Positions 48,525 through 57,898 of a stretch of 64,000 nt of DNA are shown here, one piece after another. The translations under genes were made by a program, and so were the position numbers. The stretch is from contig CAWANH010000028.1 of NCBI GenBank assembly GCA_963783375.1, positions 192,001-256,000 of the forward strand, written 5' to 3'. Below the pieces are notes generated by a model, which saw nothing but the letters and a program-made list of their open reading frames with translations, searched no databases and was not told the origin of the DNA. How positions within the stretch are numbered: the stretch's first letter is position 1; every line of letters starts with the position of its first letter. Origin of the DNA: Candidatus Eiseniibacteriota bacterium (GTDB lineage: Bacteria; Eisenbacteria; RBG-16-71-46; JABDJR01).

Positions 48525-50570
48525 ATGACCAAGCTCGATCTATGTCTGCTCGCCCTGGCCGTGGTCGCCGCCGCCGGCTCGTTCCGGATCGGCCGCGCGT
48601 CCGCCCAACCCGCGTCCGGTTCCGCCGGATACGACAAGGCGGACCTTGACCCGTCGGTGTCTCCCGGGACCGACTTCTACGATTACGCAACCGGAGGATG
48701 GCAGAAGGCCAACCCCATTCCCGCGGCGTACCCCAGCTGGGGCACCTTCGTCGTGCTCTACAAGGAAAACCTGGATCGGACCCACAAGATCCTGATAGAG
48801 GCCGCCGCCGATGCTTCCGCCCCCAAGGGAAGCGAGCGGCAGAAGATCGGGGACTTCTACTACAGCGGCATGGACACGGTGCAGATCGAGATCAACGGGT
48901 ACAAGCCCCTCCGGAACGAGTTCGACCGGATCGAGTCCATGCGCACCCCGGACGATCTCCGGAGCGAGATCGCCCATCTCCAGCGGATGGGGGTGGGAGC
49001 CGGGTTCGATTTCGAGTCCATGCAGGACTACAAGAACAGCTCCCAGGTGATCGGGTCGGCCGGCCAGGGCGGGCTCGGCCTGCCCAACCGCGACTACTAC
49101 ACCAAGGACGACGACAAATCGAAGGACATCCGCGAGAAGTACGTGGCCCACGTCGCGGCCATGCTCCAGCTCATCGATGAGAGCCCCGAGCAGGCCAAGA
49201 AGGACGCCGACATGATCATGGCCATGGAGACGGCCATGGCCGAGGCGTCGATGCGTCCGGCGGAGATGCGCGACCCCGAGGCCACCTATCACCCCATGAC
49301 GGTGAAGGAGCTGGCGGCGCTCACCCCGGACTTCTCCTGGCCCGGCTACTTCGGCGACCTCGGCCATCCCGGGCTCGAGTCGATCAACGTGGCCACCCCC
49401 GACTTCTTCAAGACGTTCAACACCCTCCTCACCGAACGGCCCATGGCGGACTGGAAGACCTATCTCCGCTGGAAGCTGGTGGCCTCCGCCAGTCCCTACC
49501 TTTCCTCTCCCTTCGTGGACGAGGGGTTCAAGTTCCGGTCCCAGCTCACCGGGGCGGAGAAGCTTCAGGACCGGTGGGAGCGGGTGGTGGGCGGCGAGAA
49601 CTGGCTCCTGGGGTTCGCGGTGGGGAAGGAGTACGTGAAGGAGTACTTCCCGCCGGAGTCCAAGGAGCGGGTGCTGGCCATCCTCAAGAACATCAAGGGG
49701 GCCCTGTCCGCCGATCTGGACACCCTGAGCTGGATGGACGCCCCCACCCGGAAGGCCGCGCAGCAGAAGCTCTCGATGATCGAGGACAAGATCGGCTACC
49801 CGGACAAGTGGCGGGACTACTCCAAGCTCACCATCGACCGCGGGCCCTACGTGCTGAACGCGATGCGGGCGCGGGAGTTCGCCACCGACCGCGATCTCAA
49901 CAAGATCGGGAAGCCGGTGGACCGGAGCGAGTGGTACATGCCGCCCCAGACCGTGAACGCCTACTACGACCCCTCGAACAACGAGATCGTGTTCCCGGCG
50001 GGGATCCTCCAGCCCCCGTTCTTCAATCCCGGCGCCCCCGAGGCGCTGAACTACGGCGCGGCGGGCATGGTGATGGGACACGAGATCACCCACGGCTTCG
50101 ACGACCAGGGGGCCAAGTTCGACGGCGAAGGGAACCTCAAGAACTGGTGGTCGCCCGAGGATCTGAAGCGGTTCCAGGCCGCGTCCAAATGCATCGCCGA
50201 TCAGTACTCCACCTACGTGGTGGACGGCGACGCCCACGTCCAGGGGGACCTGGTGACCGGTGAGGCCATCGCCGACCTGGGCGGGATGAAGCTGGCCTAT
50301 CATGCGTTCAAGGCCTGGGAAGCCAAGAACCCCCAGCCCAAGATGACCGACGGCTTCACGCCCGACCAGCTCTTCTTCATGGGCTTCGCCCGGGTCTGGG
50401 CCACCAACACCCGACCCGAGACCCTGCGGATGCGGGTCATGACCGACCCCCATCCTCCGAACAAGTTCCGGGTGAACGGGACGGTGGCCAACATGCCGGA
50501 ATTCGCCAAGGCCTTCAACCTGCCCATGGACAGCCCGATCATGAGCAGGAATCGGTGCGTGATCTGGTGA
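48525..50570 (+). CDS. M13 family metallopeptidase (PepO/neprilysin-like), exported
   Basis: DFYDYATGGW, KIGYPDKW, VNAYY, GHEITHGFDDQG, GEAIADLGG, DPHPP. Confidence 0.95.
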   Translation: MTKLDLCLLALAVVAAAGSFRIGRASAQPASGSAGYDKADLDPSVSPGTDFYDYATGGWQKANPIPAAYPSWGTFVVLYKENLDRTHKILIEAAADASAPKGSERQKIGDFYYSGMDTVQIEINGYKPLRNEFDRIESMRTPDDLRSEIAHLQRMGVGAGFDFESMQDYKNSSQVIGSAGQGGLGLPNRDYYTKDDDKSKDIREKYVAHVAAMLQLIDESPEQAKKDADMIMAMETAMAEASMRPAEMRDPEATYHPMTVKELAALTPDFSWPGYFGDLGHPGLESINVATPDFFKTFNTLLTERPMADWKTYLRWKLVASASPYLSSPFVDEGFKFRSQLTGAEKLQDRWERVVGGENWLLGFAVGKEYVKEYFPPESKERVLAILKNIKGALSADLDTLSWMDAPTRKAAQQKLSMIEDKIGYPDKWRDYSKLTIDRGPYVLNAMRAREFATDRDLNKIGKPVDRSEWYMPPQTVNAYYDPSNNEIVFPAGILQPPFFNPGAPEALNYGAAGMVMGHEITHGFDDQGAKFDGEGNLKNWWSPEDLKRFQAASKCIADQYSTYVVDGDAHVQGDLVTGEAIADLGGMKLAYHAFKAWEAKNPQPKMTDGFTPDQLFFMGFARVWATNTRPETLRMRVMTDPHPPNKFRVNGTVANMPEFAKAFNLPMDSPIMSRNRCVIW

Positions 50571-50635
50571 TGTGAACCCCGGAAACCGGCCGCCGCGATC
50601 AGCGTCCGCGGCGGGTTGACGGCGGTATCGATTCG

Positions 50636-50670
50636 GAGAGGCGGGCCCCCCGGCCCGCCTCTCTCTTTTT
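50636..50670 (+). terminator. Rho-independent terminator after the M13 peptidase
   Basis: GAGAGGCGGGCC/GGCCCGCCTCTC 12-bp stem followed by TCTTTTT. Confidence 0.8.
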
Positions 50671-50673
50671 CCC

Positions 50674-50705
50674 GCCAAAGTTCTGCCACATCTTCGCGGT
50701 AGCCT
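50674..50705 (+). promoter_or_regulatory. Putative OmpR-family direct-repeat site and -10 box upstream of the response regulator
   Basis: GCCA-N7-GCCACA-N9-TAGCCT; same layout at 54375-54406. Confidence 0.55.
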
Positions 50706-50809
50706 ACCCGGAGAGCGGCGGCCTCCGGCACGGGGCGGCCCGCGACGTTCGCGCGCGGTCCGGCCCTCGTATTGACGTCCGGGACCCCGCGAACCACACT
50801 CCCGAGGCC

Positions 50810-51496
50810 ATGAACCCGATGATCCTGATCGTGGAAGACGACCGGCGGATCGCCGCCCTCATCGCCAAGAACCTGGACGCGGCGGGATTCTCCTGCCGCC
50901 AGATCCATGACGGCGGCGAGGCCCTGGCCACGCTCGAGCGCGAGGTCCCCGCCCTGGTGGTGCTCGATCTCATGCTTCCCGGGGTGGACGGCCTGGAGAT
51001 CACCCGCCGGGTGCGCCGCCGGAGCGAGGTTCCCATCCTCATGCTCACCGCCCGCTCCGACGAGGGGGACAAGGTGCTGGGCTTCGAGATCGGAGCCGAC
51101 GACTACCTCGTGAAGCCCTTCAGCACCCGCGAGCTGGTGGCCCGGGTGCGCGCGCTCCTCCGGCGCGCCGCGCCGGGGCCTCGGACCGAGCCCCTGACCC
51201 GCGGAGAGTTGCGCATCGACCCCGCCCGCCGATCGGTGGACCGGAACGGCGATGCGATCGGGATCACCACCCTGGAGTTCGACCTGCTCCTCTTCCTGGC
51301 CTCGCGGCCGGGGATGGTGTTCTCGCGGGAAGCGCTCATGGAGCAGGTCTGGGGCGAGGACCGGATCGTGGACGACCGGTCCATCGACAGCCTGGTGAGC
51401 CGGCTTCGCCGGAAGCTCGAGGCCGATCCCGCCCACCCTCGATACATCCAGACGGTGTGGGGGGCGGGCTACCGCTTCGCCGAGAGCCCATCGTGA
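50810..51496 (+). CDS. OmpR/PhoB family response regulator
   Basis: VEDD, VLDLMLPGVDG, MLTA, GADDYLVKPF, winged helix IQTVWGAGYRF. Confidence 0.95.
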   Translation: MNPMILIVEDDRRIAALIAKNLDAAGFSCRQIHDGGEALATLEREVPALVVLDLMLPGVDGLEITRRVRRRSEVPILMLTARSDEGDKVLGFEIGADDYLVKPFSTRELVARVRALLRRAAPGPRTEPLTRGELRIDPARRSVDRNGDAIGITTLEFDLLLFLASRPGMVFSREALMEQVWGEDRIVDDRSIDSLVSRLRRKLEADPAHPRYIQTVWGAGYRFAESPS

Positions 51497-53136
51497 AGAT
51501 GCGTCTTCGGCCGCGGAGCCTGTTCTGGACCTTCGCCGGGGCGTTCCTCCTGGTGCTGGTGGCGGCGGCGGTGGTGCAGGTGCTGGTGGTGGCGGCGGTG
51601 GTGCAGCCCCTGTTCCTCCGTTCGCTCACCGATCGCGCCCGGCTCGCCGTCCGCGAGGCCTCGTCGGAGATCGCCGCGCTTCCCGCGAACGCCCCCGATC
51701 CGGCGATCCACGAGATCCTGCGTTCCTATCGATCCGAGGAGGGCGGCCTCTTGCTGTTCTACAAGAACCCCGAGGGACGGATCCTGGGGAACCGCCGCTT
51801 GCCGCCGGGGCCGGTGGGGCGCCGCCTGGCCGAGTTGCTGGGGGCGCCGGGAGACAGCGTCGCCGCTCCCGGGGACCGCTCCGGGCCGGGCGGGGAACGC
51901 CGCGCGCCCGGCGGGGACCGGCCGCTCACGCCTCCCGACAACCGCCCCACGCCGCCGATTACCGGCCGCCGGGTCGAAGGGGGTCGGCCGCCCCGCGACG
52001 GGCCGCCCGAGGGGTTTCATCCCGATCGTGGCCCGCGGTTCCCGCCGGGATTCGAGGGGGAGCCGCCGGGACCCCGGGAACTCGTCCCCGCCCGCCTCGA
52101 GGTCGTCGCGCGGGACAGCATTCGAACCGCGACCGGAAGCTTTCGGGGCGAGGTGGTTGCGCTGGCCGCGATTCCCCGGTTCCCCTTCTGGCCCGGCTCC
52201 GCGGGGCGGCCGATCCTCCTCTACCTCCCGGTGGCGGTGCTGGTGGCGGGGGTGGCGGGCCTCCTCCTCTTCCGGTCGTTCATCCGCCGCCTCCGCGCCC
52301 TGGAGACCCTGGCCGCCCGCGTGGCCGACGGGGACCTGGACGTCAGGGTCCCCGACCCGGGCCCGGACGAGATCGGCCGGTTGGGGGAACGGCTGAACCG
52401 GATGACCGAGCGCCTGGCCGAAGCGCGCCGGCGCCTCGAGGAGAACGATCACCAGCGCCGCCGGCTGCTCGCCGACATCTCCCACGAGCTGGCCACCCCC
52501 CTCACCTCCATCAAGGGCTACGCCCAGACCCTCCTCGATCCCGCGGTGCCGGTCAGCGACCGGGAACGCGGGGCCTACCTGGCCGATGTCGTCGCCGAGT
52601 CGGAGCGGATGGACGCGCTGATCGCGGATCTCTTCGAGCTCACCCGGCTGGAGGCGGGAGCGGGGGAGCTGGAGCGCGAGCGGCTGGACTGGACGTCGCT
52701 CTGCCGGAACACGCTGGATCGGTTCGGGAAACGGTTTCGGGAGGCGGGCCTGGAACTCAGGTGGGCCGGATCCGAGGCCCCGGCGTGGGTGGAGGCGGAC
52801 GGCCGCCGGCTGGAAGAGGTGCTGGAGAATCTCCTGGTGAACACGCTCCGCTACGTTCCCGCCGGAGGATCGGTCACGGTCTCTCTGGAACCGGGAGTCG
52901 GTGGCCATCACCGGTTGAGCGTGATCGACGATGGCCCCGGCGTCCCGGCCGCGGACCTTCCCTTCATCTTCGACCGGTTCTACCGCGCCGACCCGGCCCG
53001 GGTCACCCCGGGCACCGGGTTGGGTCTGGCCATCGTTCGGGAGATCGTTCTCCGCCACGGCGGCGCGATCCGGGCGGAGAACCGCGAACCCCGCGGCGTG
53101 GCCGTCTTGATCGAGCTGCTCTCGGCGGGGGATTGA
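51493..53136 (+). CDS. HAMP sensor histidine kinase with Pro/Gly-rich periplasmic region
   Basis: Two TM segments, HAMP (DEIGRLG), ISHELATPLTSI, NLLVNTLRY, DDGPG, FDRFYR, GTGLGLAI. Confidence 0.93.
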   Translation: MKMRLRPRSLFWTFAGAFLLVLVAAAVVQVLVVAAVVQPLFLRSLTDRARLAVREASSEIAALPANAPDPAIHEILRSYRSEEGGLLLFYKNPEGRILGNRRLPPGPVGRRLAELLGAPGDSVAAPGDRSGPGGERRAPGGDRPLTPPDNRPTPPITGRRVEGGRPPRDGPPEGFHPDRGPRFPPGFEGEPPGPRELVPARLEVVARDSIRTATGSFRGEVVALAAIPRFPFWPGSAGRPILLYLPVAVLVAGVAGLLLFRSFIRRLRALETLAARVADGDLDVRVPDPGPDEIGRLGERLNRMTERLAEARRRLEENDHQRRRLLADISHELATPLTSIKGYAQTLLDPAVPVSDRERGAYLADVVAESERMDALIADLFELTRLEAGAGELERERLDWTSLCRNTLDRFGKRFREAGLELRWAGSEAPAWVEADGRRLEEVLENLLVNTLRYVPAGGSVTVSLEPGVGGHHRLSVIDDGPGVPAADLPFIFDRFYRADPARVTPGTGLGLAIVREIVLRHGGAIRAENREPRGVAVLIELLSAGD

Positions 53137-53248
53137 GCCGCGGGGCGGATTCGGGTCGGTGGGGCCGCAACCGGGTCCGCCGGGACGGACTCATATGCGG
53201 GGGCGGATCGGGTCAGCCGGCGCGGTCTTCTACCCGGGAGCGATCGGG

Positions 53249-53725
53249 TCATCCGGCGCCCAGCGCGAACGCGGCCTGCACCAGGAGCGACATCGCGACG
53301 GTGAGGAGCCCCACCCGCACCCAGTTCCACCGCTTCCATTCCCGCGCCGCCTTGGCCAGGAGGGTCGGGTCCTTGTCGTGGGACCCGGTGAACAAGAAGG
53401 CGTTCCGGGGCAGGTGAACGCGCATGGTGATGAGATCGGCCGAGGCCATGGTCACCAACGCGCCCACCATCCACCAGCGGACCGGCCGGAGCGGCCAGCA
53501 CACGGCGGCGCCCACCAGGAGACCGACGGCGGTGGCCGGAGCCATCCGGCGGAAGTAGGTGCCCGGGTTGGCCGGGGTCATGTAAGCGCGGGCGCGTTCG
53601 ATGGATGCCGGGACTTCGGCGCTGAAGTTCCGCCCGTTGACCACGCCGTCCAGGGCCGAGGCGCCGAGCACCCCACCGAGGAGCAGGAAGTCGATCCGTA
53701 GGACAAGATGGGCAATGAAGTGCAT
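53249..53725 (-). CDS. DUF1772/anthrone oxygenase-like membrane protein
   Basis: Four hydrophobic segments, T...PRN and W...NWVR motifs. Confidence 0.6.
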   Translation of the reverse strand: MHFIAHLVLRIDFLLLGGVLGASALDGVVNGRNFSAEVPASIERARAYMTPANPGTYFRRMAPATAVGLLVGAAVCWPLRPVRWWMVGALVTMASADLITMRVHLPRNAFLFTGSHDKDPTLLAKAAREWKRWNWVRVGLLTVAMSLLVQAAFALGAG

Positions 53726-53991
53726 GGGACCCCCTTTCGACATCCGTTCCTACCACGAACCGGGCCGGGGCTTCCCGGCCATTCGGGGGCGGCCGGGCTG
53801 GGCGGGGACCGGCCGGCGGCCGCGGTCTCTGGGGCTTCAACGCCAAGATGATCGCACGAAGTCACTGAGAAGTGTGCGGGTCCGGGTGCCGGTGTGCATC
53901 CGCGGGCGCGGGTGGGTGCGCATCCGGCCGGGTACGCGCCCGACGACGGCGCGCTCATCAGGATTTGTCGGTGCTGCATTAATTGCGGACC

Positions 53992-54131
53992 GTGCGTCCC
54001 CGGGGAAGCATCCTTTATTGCGAACATTGCCTCCCCGGGTGCGCATCCGCGCCCAGGCGCTTCAGGTCCGGCTTCGGTGTGTCCCCGGGGAAGCACTTTT
54101 TATTGCGAACATGAGGTGTACCCGGGTGCGC
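53992..54131. repeat. Cluster of HNH-array boundary motifs in alternating orientation
   Basis: gtgcgtccccggggaagca 53992-54010; reverse copy with tail 54014-54046; gtgtccccggggaagca 54079-54095; degenerate reverse copy 54100-54131. Confidence 0.85.
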
Positions 54132-54151
54132 TCCCGGTGGGCCGCGGCCGT

Positions 54152-54301
54152 AGGGGCCGGCCCTGCCCCTGAGCGAGGCGCGAATCTGAAGGCGCGATGG
54201 GAGCGGAGCGGGCCCCATCGCACATGAAGAGCGAGCGCGGAAACGTCCGGTGGACGTTTCGAGCGAGCGCTGAGCGCCGAGACGAAGGGGCACCGGCCCC
54301 A
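54152..54301 (+). ncRNA. Solo copy of the 150-nt structured element of the 278-bp array
   Basis: Ungapped alignment to 6969-7118 (offset 47183) with compensatory stem changes and conserved purine-rich linkers. Confidence 0.55.
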
Positions 54302-54374
54302 AGGCCGCGCCCCGCACCGCCGCGACCGGCGAGCGGAGCCCCTCTCCCCCACCGCCGAACAATGTCGCCCCCAT

Positions 54375-54406
54375 GCCATATCTCTGCCACAACCCCCGGG
54401 TACCTT
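54375..54406 (+). promoter_or_regulatory. Putative OmpR-family direct-repeat site and -10 box upstream of the lipoprotein gene
   Basis: GCCA-N7-GCCACA-N9-TACCTT. Confidence 0.55.
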
Positions 54407-54492
54407 CACTCACAAGAAGCGAAACCCAGTGGCTTGGACGCCGCGGGCGCGGGTCGCGAAGATCCGGTTCCCCGGTGAAGAGGAGTCAAATC

Positions 54493-55683
54493 ATGAGAAC
54501 CCGAGACTTGATGCACGGACGGGCGGGGCGAACCTGGCTGCCGGTGGCTGCAATCTCCGGCCTCCTGGCGTTGTCCCTGGCAGGATGGGGGTGCGGGGAC
54601 GCGCAGGGAGTTTCCTCCGGCCCCACCTCCAGCGCCTCCGACGTGAGCGCCGGGGGTTCGGCGGCGGATGCCGGCAACCTGCCGGCGGTGCCGACCCTGG
54701 ACGAGCTGAGCGCGCTGTTGAACCTGACCGACGACCAGGCCCAGCTCATGCAGACCGCCCTCGACGAATGGACGGCCGAGACGGCGGCCCACCGCGGCCG
54801 CGATCGCCGGGGCGGACCGGGGGACGGCCCTCCCAACGGCAACGGGCGGCTCGGCGACGGCCCCCCCGACACCACCGGCCATCCCGGCGGCGGCATGGGT
54901 CCCGGCGGTCCCCCCGCCGGCGGCGCCGGCGGCGCCGGCGCCCGGATGGGCGACCGGTCCATGGGCCCCCCGGTCCTGGACTTCCTGGCCAAGGTCTCCT
55001 CGTTCCTGGACACCACCCAGTTCACCAAACTGGCCGGCTACTTCGTGGCGCAGCGGGCCGCGAACGAGCCCGCGGATCCGGCGATTGCTCCTCCCGGGGG
55101 AGCGGACCGGATGGCCGCGCATTGGGCTCAGGAACTGGGCATCGACCAGGGAAGTGCGGCGGACCTGGTCTCGGCTCTCAGTGACGCCCGGACTGCGCTT
55201 CGGGACCTCGGAAAGGCGTACGCCGACGGCACGGTGACCCTGGACGGGGTGAGAATCGGCGCCGGCGACATCCGCGTCCAGCTCGCCGGCCGCGCCGAGG
55301 AGATTCTGGGCAGCGGGATCTATCCGCAGCTGGTCCAGGACTTGGCCGAGAGGCGGATGAAGACGGCCGGGCAGGTCCTCGCCCACCTGGCCGAGGGCTC
55401 GACGCGGGAAGCCGACGGCCTCGCCGGGCTCTTGAACCTGGACGACGCCGGGAAGCAGGCGGCGGCAAACGCCCTCGACGGCTTCACCTCCCAGCGACAG
55501 ACCCTCTGGGAAGGGATCCGGGACGGACAGGTCGTCTTCGAGGAGGCCCTGTTTCAGAATCTCCAGACCGATGCGGCGGCCCGGAGCGCGGTGCGGGCCA
55601 CGCTCACCGGAGACCAGGTGACGAGGCTGGACGCGGTGGAGCCCCTACTTCCCCACGCCCGCCCTATGCCTCTTTACCTCTGA
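54493..55683 (+). CDS. Lipoprotein with repeated Spy/CpxP-like (LTxxQ) helical modules
   Basis: GWGC lipobox, LNLTDDQ, LDTTQF, LTGDQ motifs, Gly/Pro-rich linker; GAGGAG RBS. Confidence 0.7.
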   Translation: MRTRDLMHGRAGRTWLPVAAISGLLALSLAGWGCGDAQGVSSGPTSSASDVSAGGSAADAGNLPAVPTLDELSALLNLTDDQAQLMQTALDEWTAETAAHRGRDRRGGPGDGPPNGNGRLGDGPPDTTGHPGGGMGPGGPPAGGAGGAGARMGDRSMGPPVLDFLAKVSSFLDTTQFTKLAGYFVAQRAANEPADPAIAPPGGADRMAAHWAQELGIDQGSAADLVSALSDARTALRDLGKAYADGTVTLDGVRIGAGDIRVQLAGRAEEILGSGIYPQLVQDLAERRMKTAGQVLAHLAEGSTREADGLAGLLNLDDAGKQAAANALDGFTSQRQTLWEGIRDGQVVFEEALFQNLQTDAAARSAVRATLTGDQVTRLDAVEPLLPHARPMPLYL

Positions 55684-55828
55684 TCGATCGGGGCCCGGCC
55701 GGAGCACCAACTCGCCGCACGCGCGAGCCGGCCGGGCTCCTCCTCTCCCTCCGGGCGGCCTACCGGAGTTCGGGAACGGTCCTCCCGGGGTATCATCGGG
55801 GCGGACACCCCTGCCCCGGAGGAATCGC

Positions 55829-57304
55829 GTGCTGCATCCACGACTGGCCCTCGAACTCATCCCGGTCCTTCTCGCCGTCGGCGTGACGGTCCCCACCGAC
55901 GCCGGCCCGAACCCCCGCCCGTCGATCCACCAGGTAGAGCTCGAAGCCCACGACGCCATGGAGGCGGCGGGAGCGCGCTTTCCCGGGGACCGGCCGGCCG
56001 GGGACCGGCGAAGCCATCCCGCCCCGGAATCGGTCCAGGCCCTCGCCTACCAGGTCCACGGCTGGCACCCCTACTGGATGGGGACCTCCTACCTGGACTA
56101 CGACTGGTCCCTGACCTCCACCGTGGCCTTCTTCTCCCTGGAGCTGGACGCGAACGGCTCGATCGTGAACGATCACGCCTGGCCGTGGACGGGCCTGGTT
56201 TCCGCCGCCCACGCCGGCGGCGCCCGGGTGATCGTGACCGCCACCCTGTTCTCGTCCTCGTCGATCACCGCGCTCCTCTCCGACCCGGGCCGCCGTGCCG
56301 CCGCGGTAGCCAACCTGGTGGGCGCGACGGTCGCGGGAAATGCGGACGGGGTGGACATCGATTTCGAGGGGGTGGCGGGGAGCCAGCGGGCCAACCTCGT
56401 GGTCTTCATGCAGGAGCTCCGAGATGCCCTCGACGCCGTCGTCCCCGGCGCCTATCTCTCCATGGCCACCCCGGCGGTCGACTGGTCGAACGCCTTCGAT
56501 TACCCCGCCCTGGCCGTCCCCTGCGACCACCTGGTGCTCATGGGGTACGACTACCATTGGAGCACGAGCCCCGACACCGGCCCGGTCGCCCCCCTCACCG
56601 GCTGGGGCACCTACAACGTGACCTGGTCGGTGAACGACTACCTGGGGAAGGGCGTCCCCCCGGAGCAGCTCCTCCTCGGGGTCCCCTACTACGGCTATCG
56701 CTGGCCGGCGGCATCGGGGGACCCGGGGGCGGCCACCACCGGGAGCGCGACCGCCCGCACCTTCGCCCAGGCCGTACCCGAATCCGAGGCCTATGGACTC
56801 CTCAGGGACCCGGCCTCCGGGGCCCCGTGGTACCGATTCCAGAGTCCGGGCTGGTTCCAGGCCTGGTTCGAGGACGCGGCCAGCCTGGCCATGAAGTACG
56901 ACCTGGTGAAGGAGGACGGGCTGGGGGGCGTGGGGATCTGGGCGCTGGGCTACGACGGAAGCCGTCCGGAGCTATGGGACGCGCTCGCCGCGGCCTTCGC
57001 CGATCCGGCCACCGGCGTGCCCTCCGAGGACCCGGCGCCCGCGATCATGGCCCTCTCCGCGCCCCACCCCAACCCGGTGAGGGCGGAGACCGAGGTGCGA
57101 CTCGAACTGGCGACGCCCACCCGGGTGCGGCTGGCCCTGATCGACGCCGGGGGGCGGGAGGTCCGTGAGATCCTGGACACCGAACTCCCCGCCGGGGAGC
57201 GGGTCGTCCGCTGGAGCGCGGCCGGGCTCCCCTCGGGGCTCTACTTCCTCACCGCCCGGGCCGGCGGGCTACGCCGCGCGGTCAAGGTGCTGGTACTCGG
57301 CTGA
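55829..57304 (+). CDS. GH18 glycosyl hydrolase with T9SS/FlgD-like C-terminal tail
   Basis: DGVDIDFE intact catalytic motif, MGYDYH, LGVPYYG, LGGVGIWALGYD, PHPNP...LPSGLYF. Confidence 0.88.
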   Translation: MLHPRLALELIPVLLAVGVTVPTDAGPNPRPSIHQVELEAHDAMEAAGARFPGDRPAGDRRSHPAPESVQALAYQVHGWHPYWMGTSYLDYDWSLTSTVAFFSLELDANGSIVNDHAWPWTGLVSAAHAGGARVIVTATLFSSSSITALLSDPGRRAAAVANLVGATVAGNADGVDIDFEGVAGSQRANLVVFMQELRDALDAVVPGAYLSMATPAVDWSNAFDYPALAVPCDHLVLMGYDYHWSTSPDTGPVAPLTGWGTYNVTWSVNDYLGKGVPPEQLLLGVPYYGYRWPAASGDPGAATTGSATARTFAQAVPESEAYGLLRDPASGAPWYRFQSPGWFQAWFEDAASLAMKYDLVKEDGLGGVGIWALGYDGSRPELWDALAAAFADPATGVPSEDPAPAIMALSAPHPNPVRAETEVRLELATPTRVRLALIDAGGREVREILDTELPAGERVVRWSAAGLPSGLYFLTARAGGLRRAVKVLVLG

Positions 57305-57320
57305 CCGGACTTTCCGCCGG

Positions 57321-57770
57321 TTACTGCCCTTCCTGGTCCGGTTGGTCCGGCGAGTTGGCGGTGAAGCTGACCGGGATGACCGTCTCGGACCTGACCGGTT
57401 TCTGGTTCACCTCTCCGGGCCGGAACTTCCACTGCTTGACCGCGGCCAGGGCCGCCTCGTCCAGGGCGGGATAGCCTTCGACTCCCTTGGTGACCCAGGC
57501 CTTGGCCACGGTGCTGTCGGGGTCGATGATGACCGCGACCAGGACCGTGCCGCCGGTTCCGGCCTTTCTCAGGTCCTCGGGGTAAACGGGCTGGGGGGTC
57601 ACGACCGGAACGGGGCTGTCGCTGAGCTCATAGGACGGCACCACCCCGTTGTTGTCCGCCGTGGCGGCGTTCTCGTCGCCGCCGGTCTTCTGGGAGCAGC
57701 CGGCGAAGAGCCAGATCGAGGCCACGGCCAGGAACCCTGCGGTGATCAGGGTCCAACGATGTGTCTTCAT
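57321..57770 (-). CDS. TonB C-terminal domain protein with lipoprotein signal
   Basis: LFAGC lipobox; PVYP...GTV...LDEAALAAVKQWKFRPG...PVSF. Confidence 0.85.
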   Translation of the reverse strand: MKTHRWTLITAGFLAVASIWLFAGCSQKTGGDENAATADNNGVVPSYELSDSPVPVVTPQPVYPEDLRKAGTGGTVLVAVIIDPDSTVAKAWVTKGVEGYPALDEAALAAVKQWKFRPGEVNQKPVRSETVIPVSFTANSPDQPDQEGQ

Positions 57771-57898
57771 CAAGAGAAACCTCCACGGTCAAGGCGGTCA
57801 ATGCGGGTGTTGGGAGCATGGACATGCCGGGAGGAAATCGTGTGCCACCCGCCCCGGGTTGTCAACCGCGTCCCCGCCGGGGGTCGCGGCGGGCGCGA

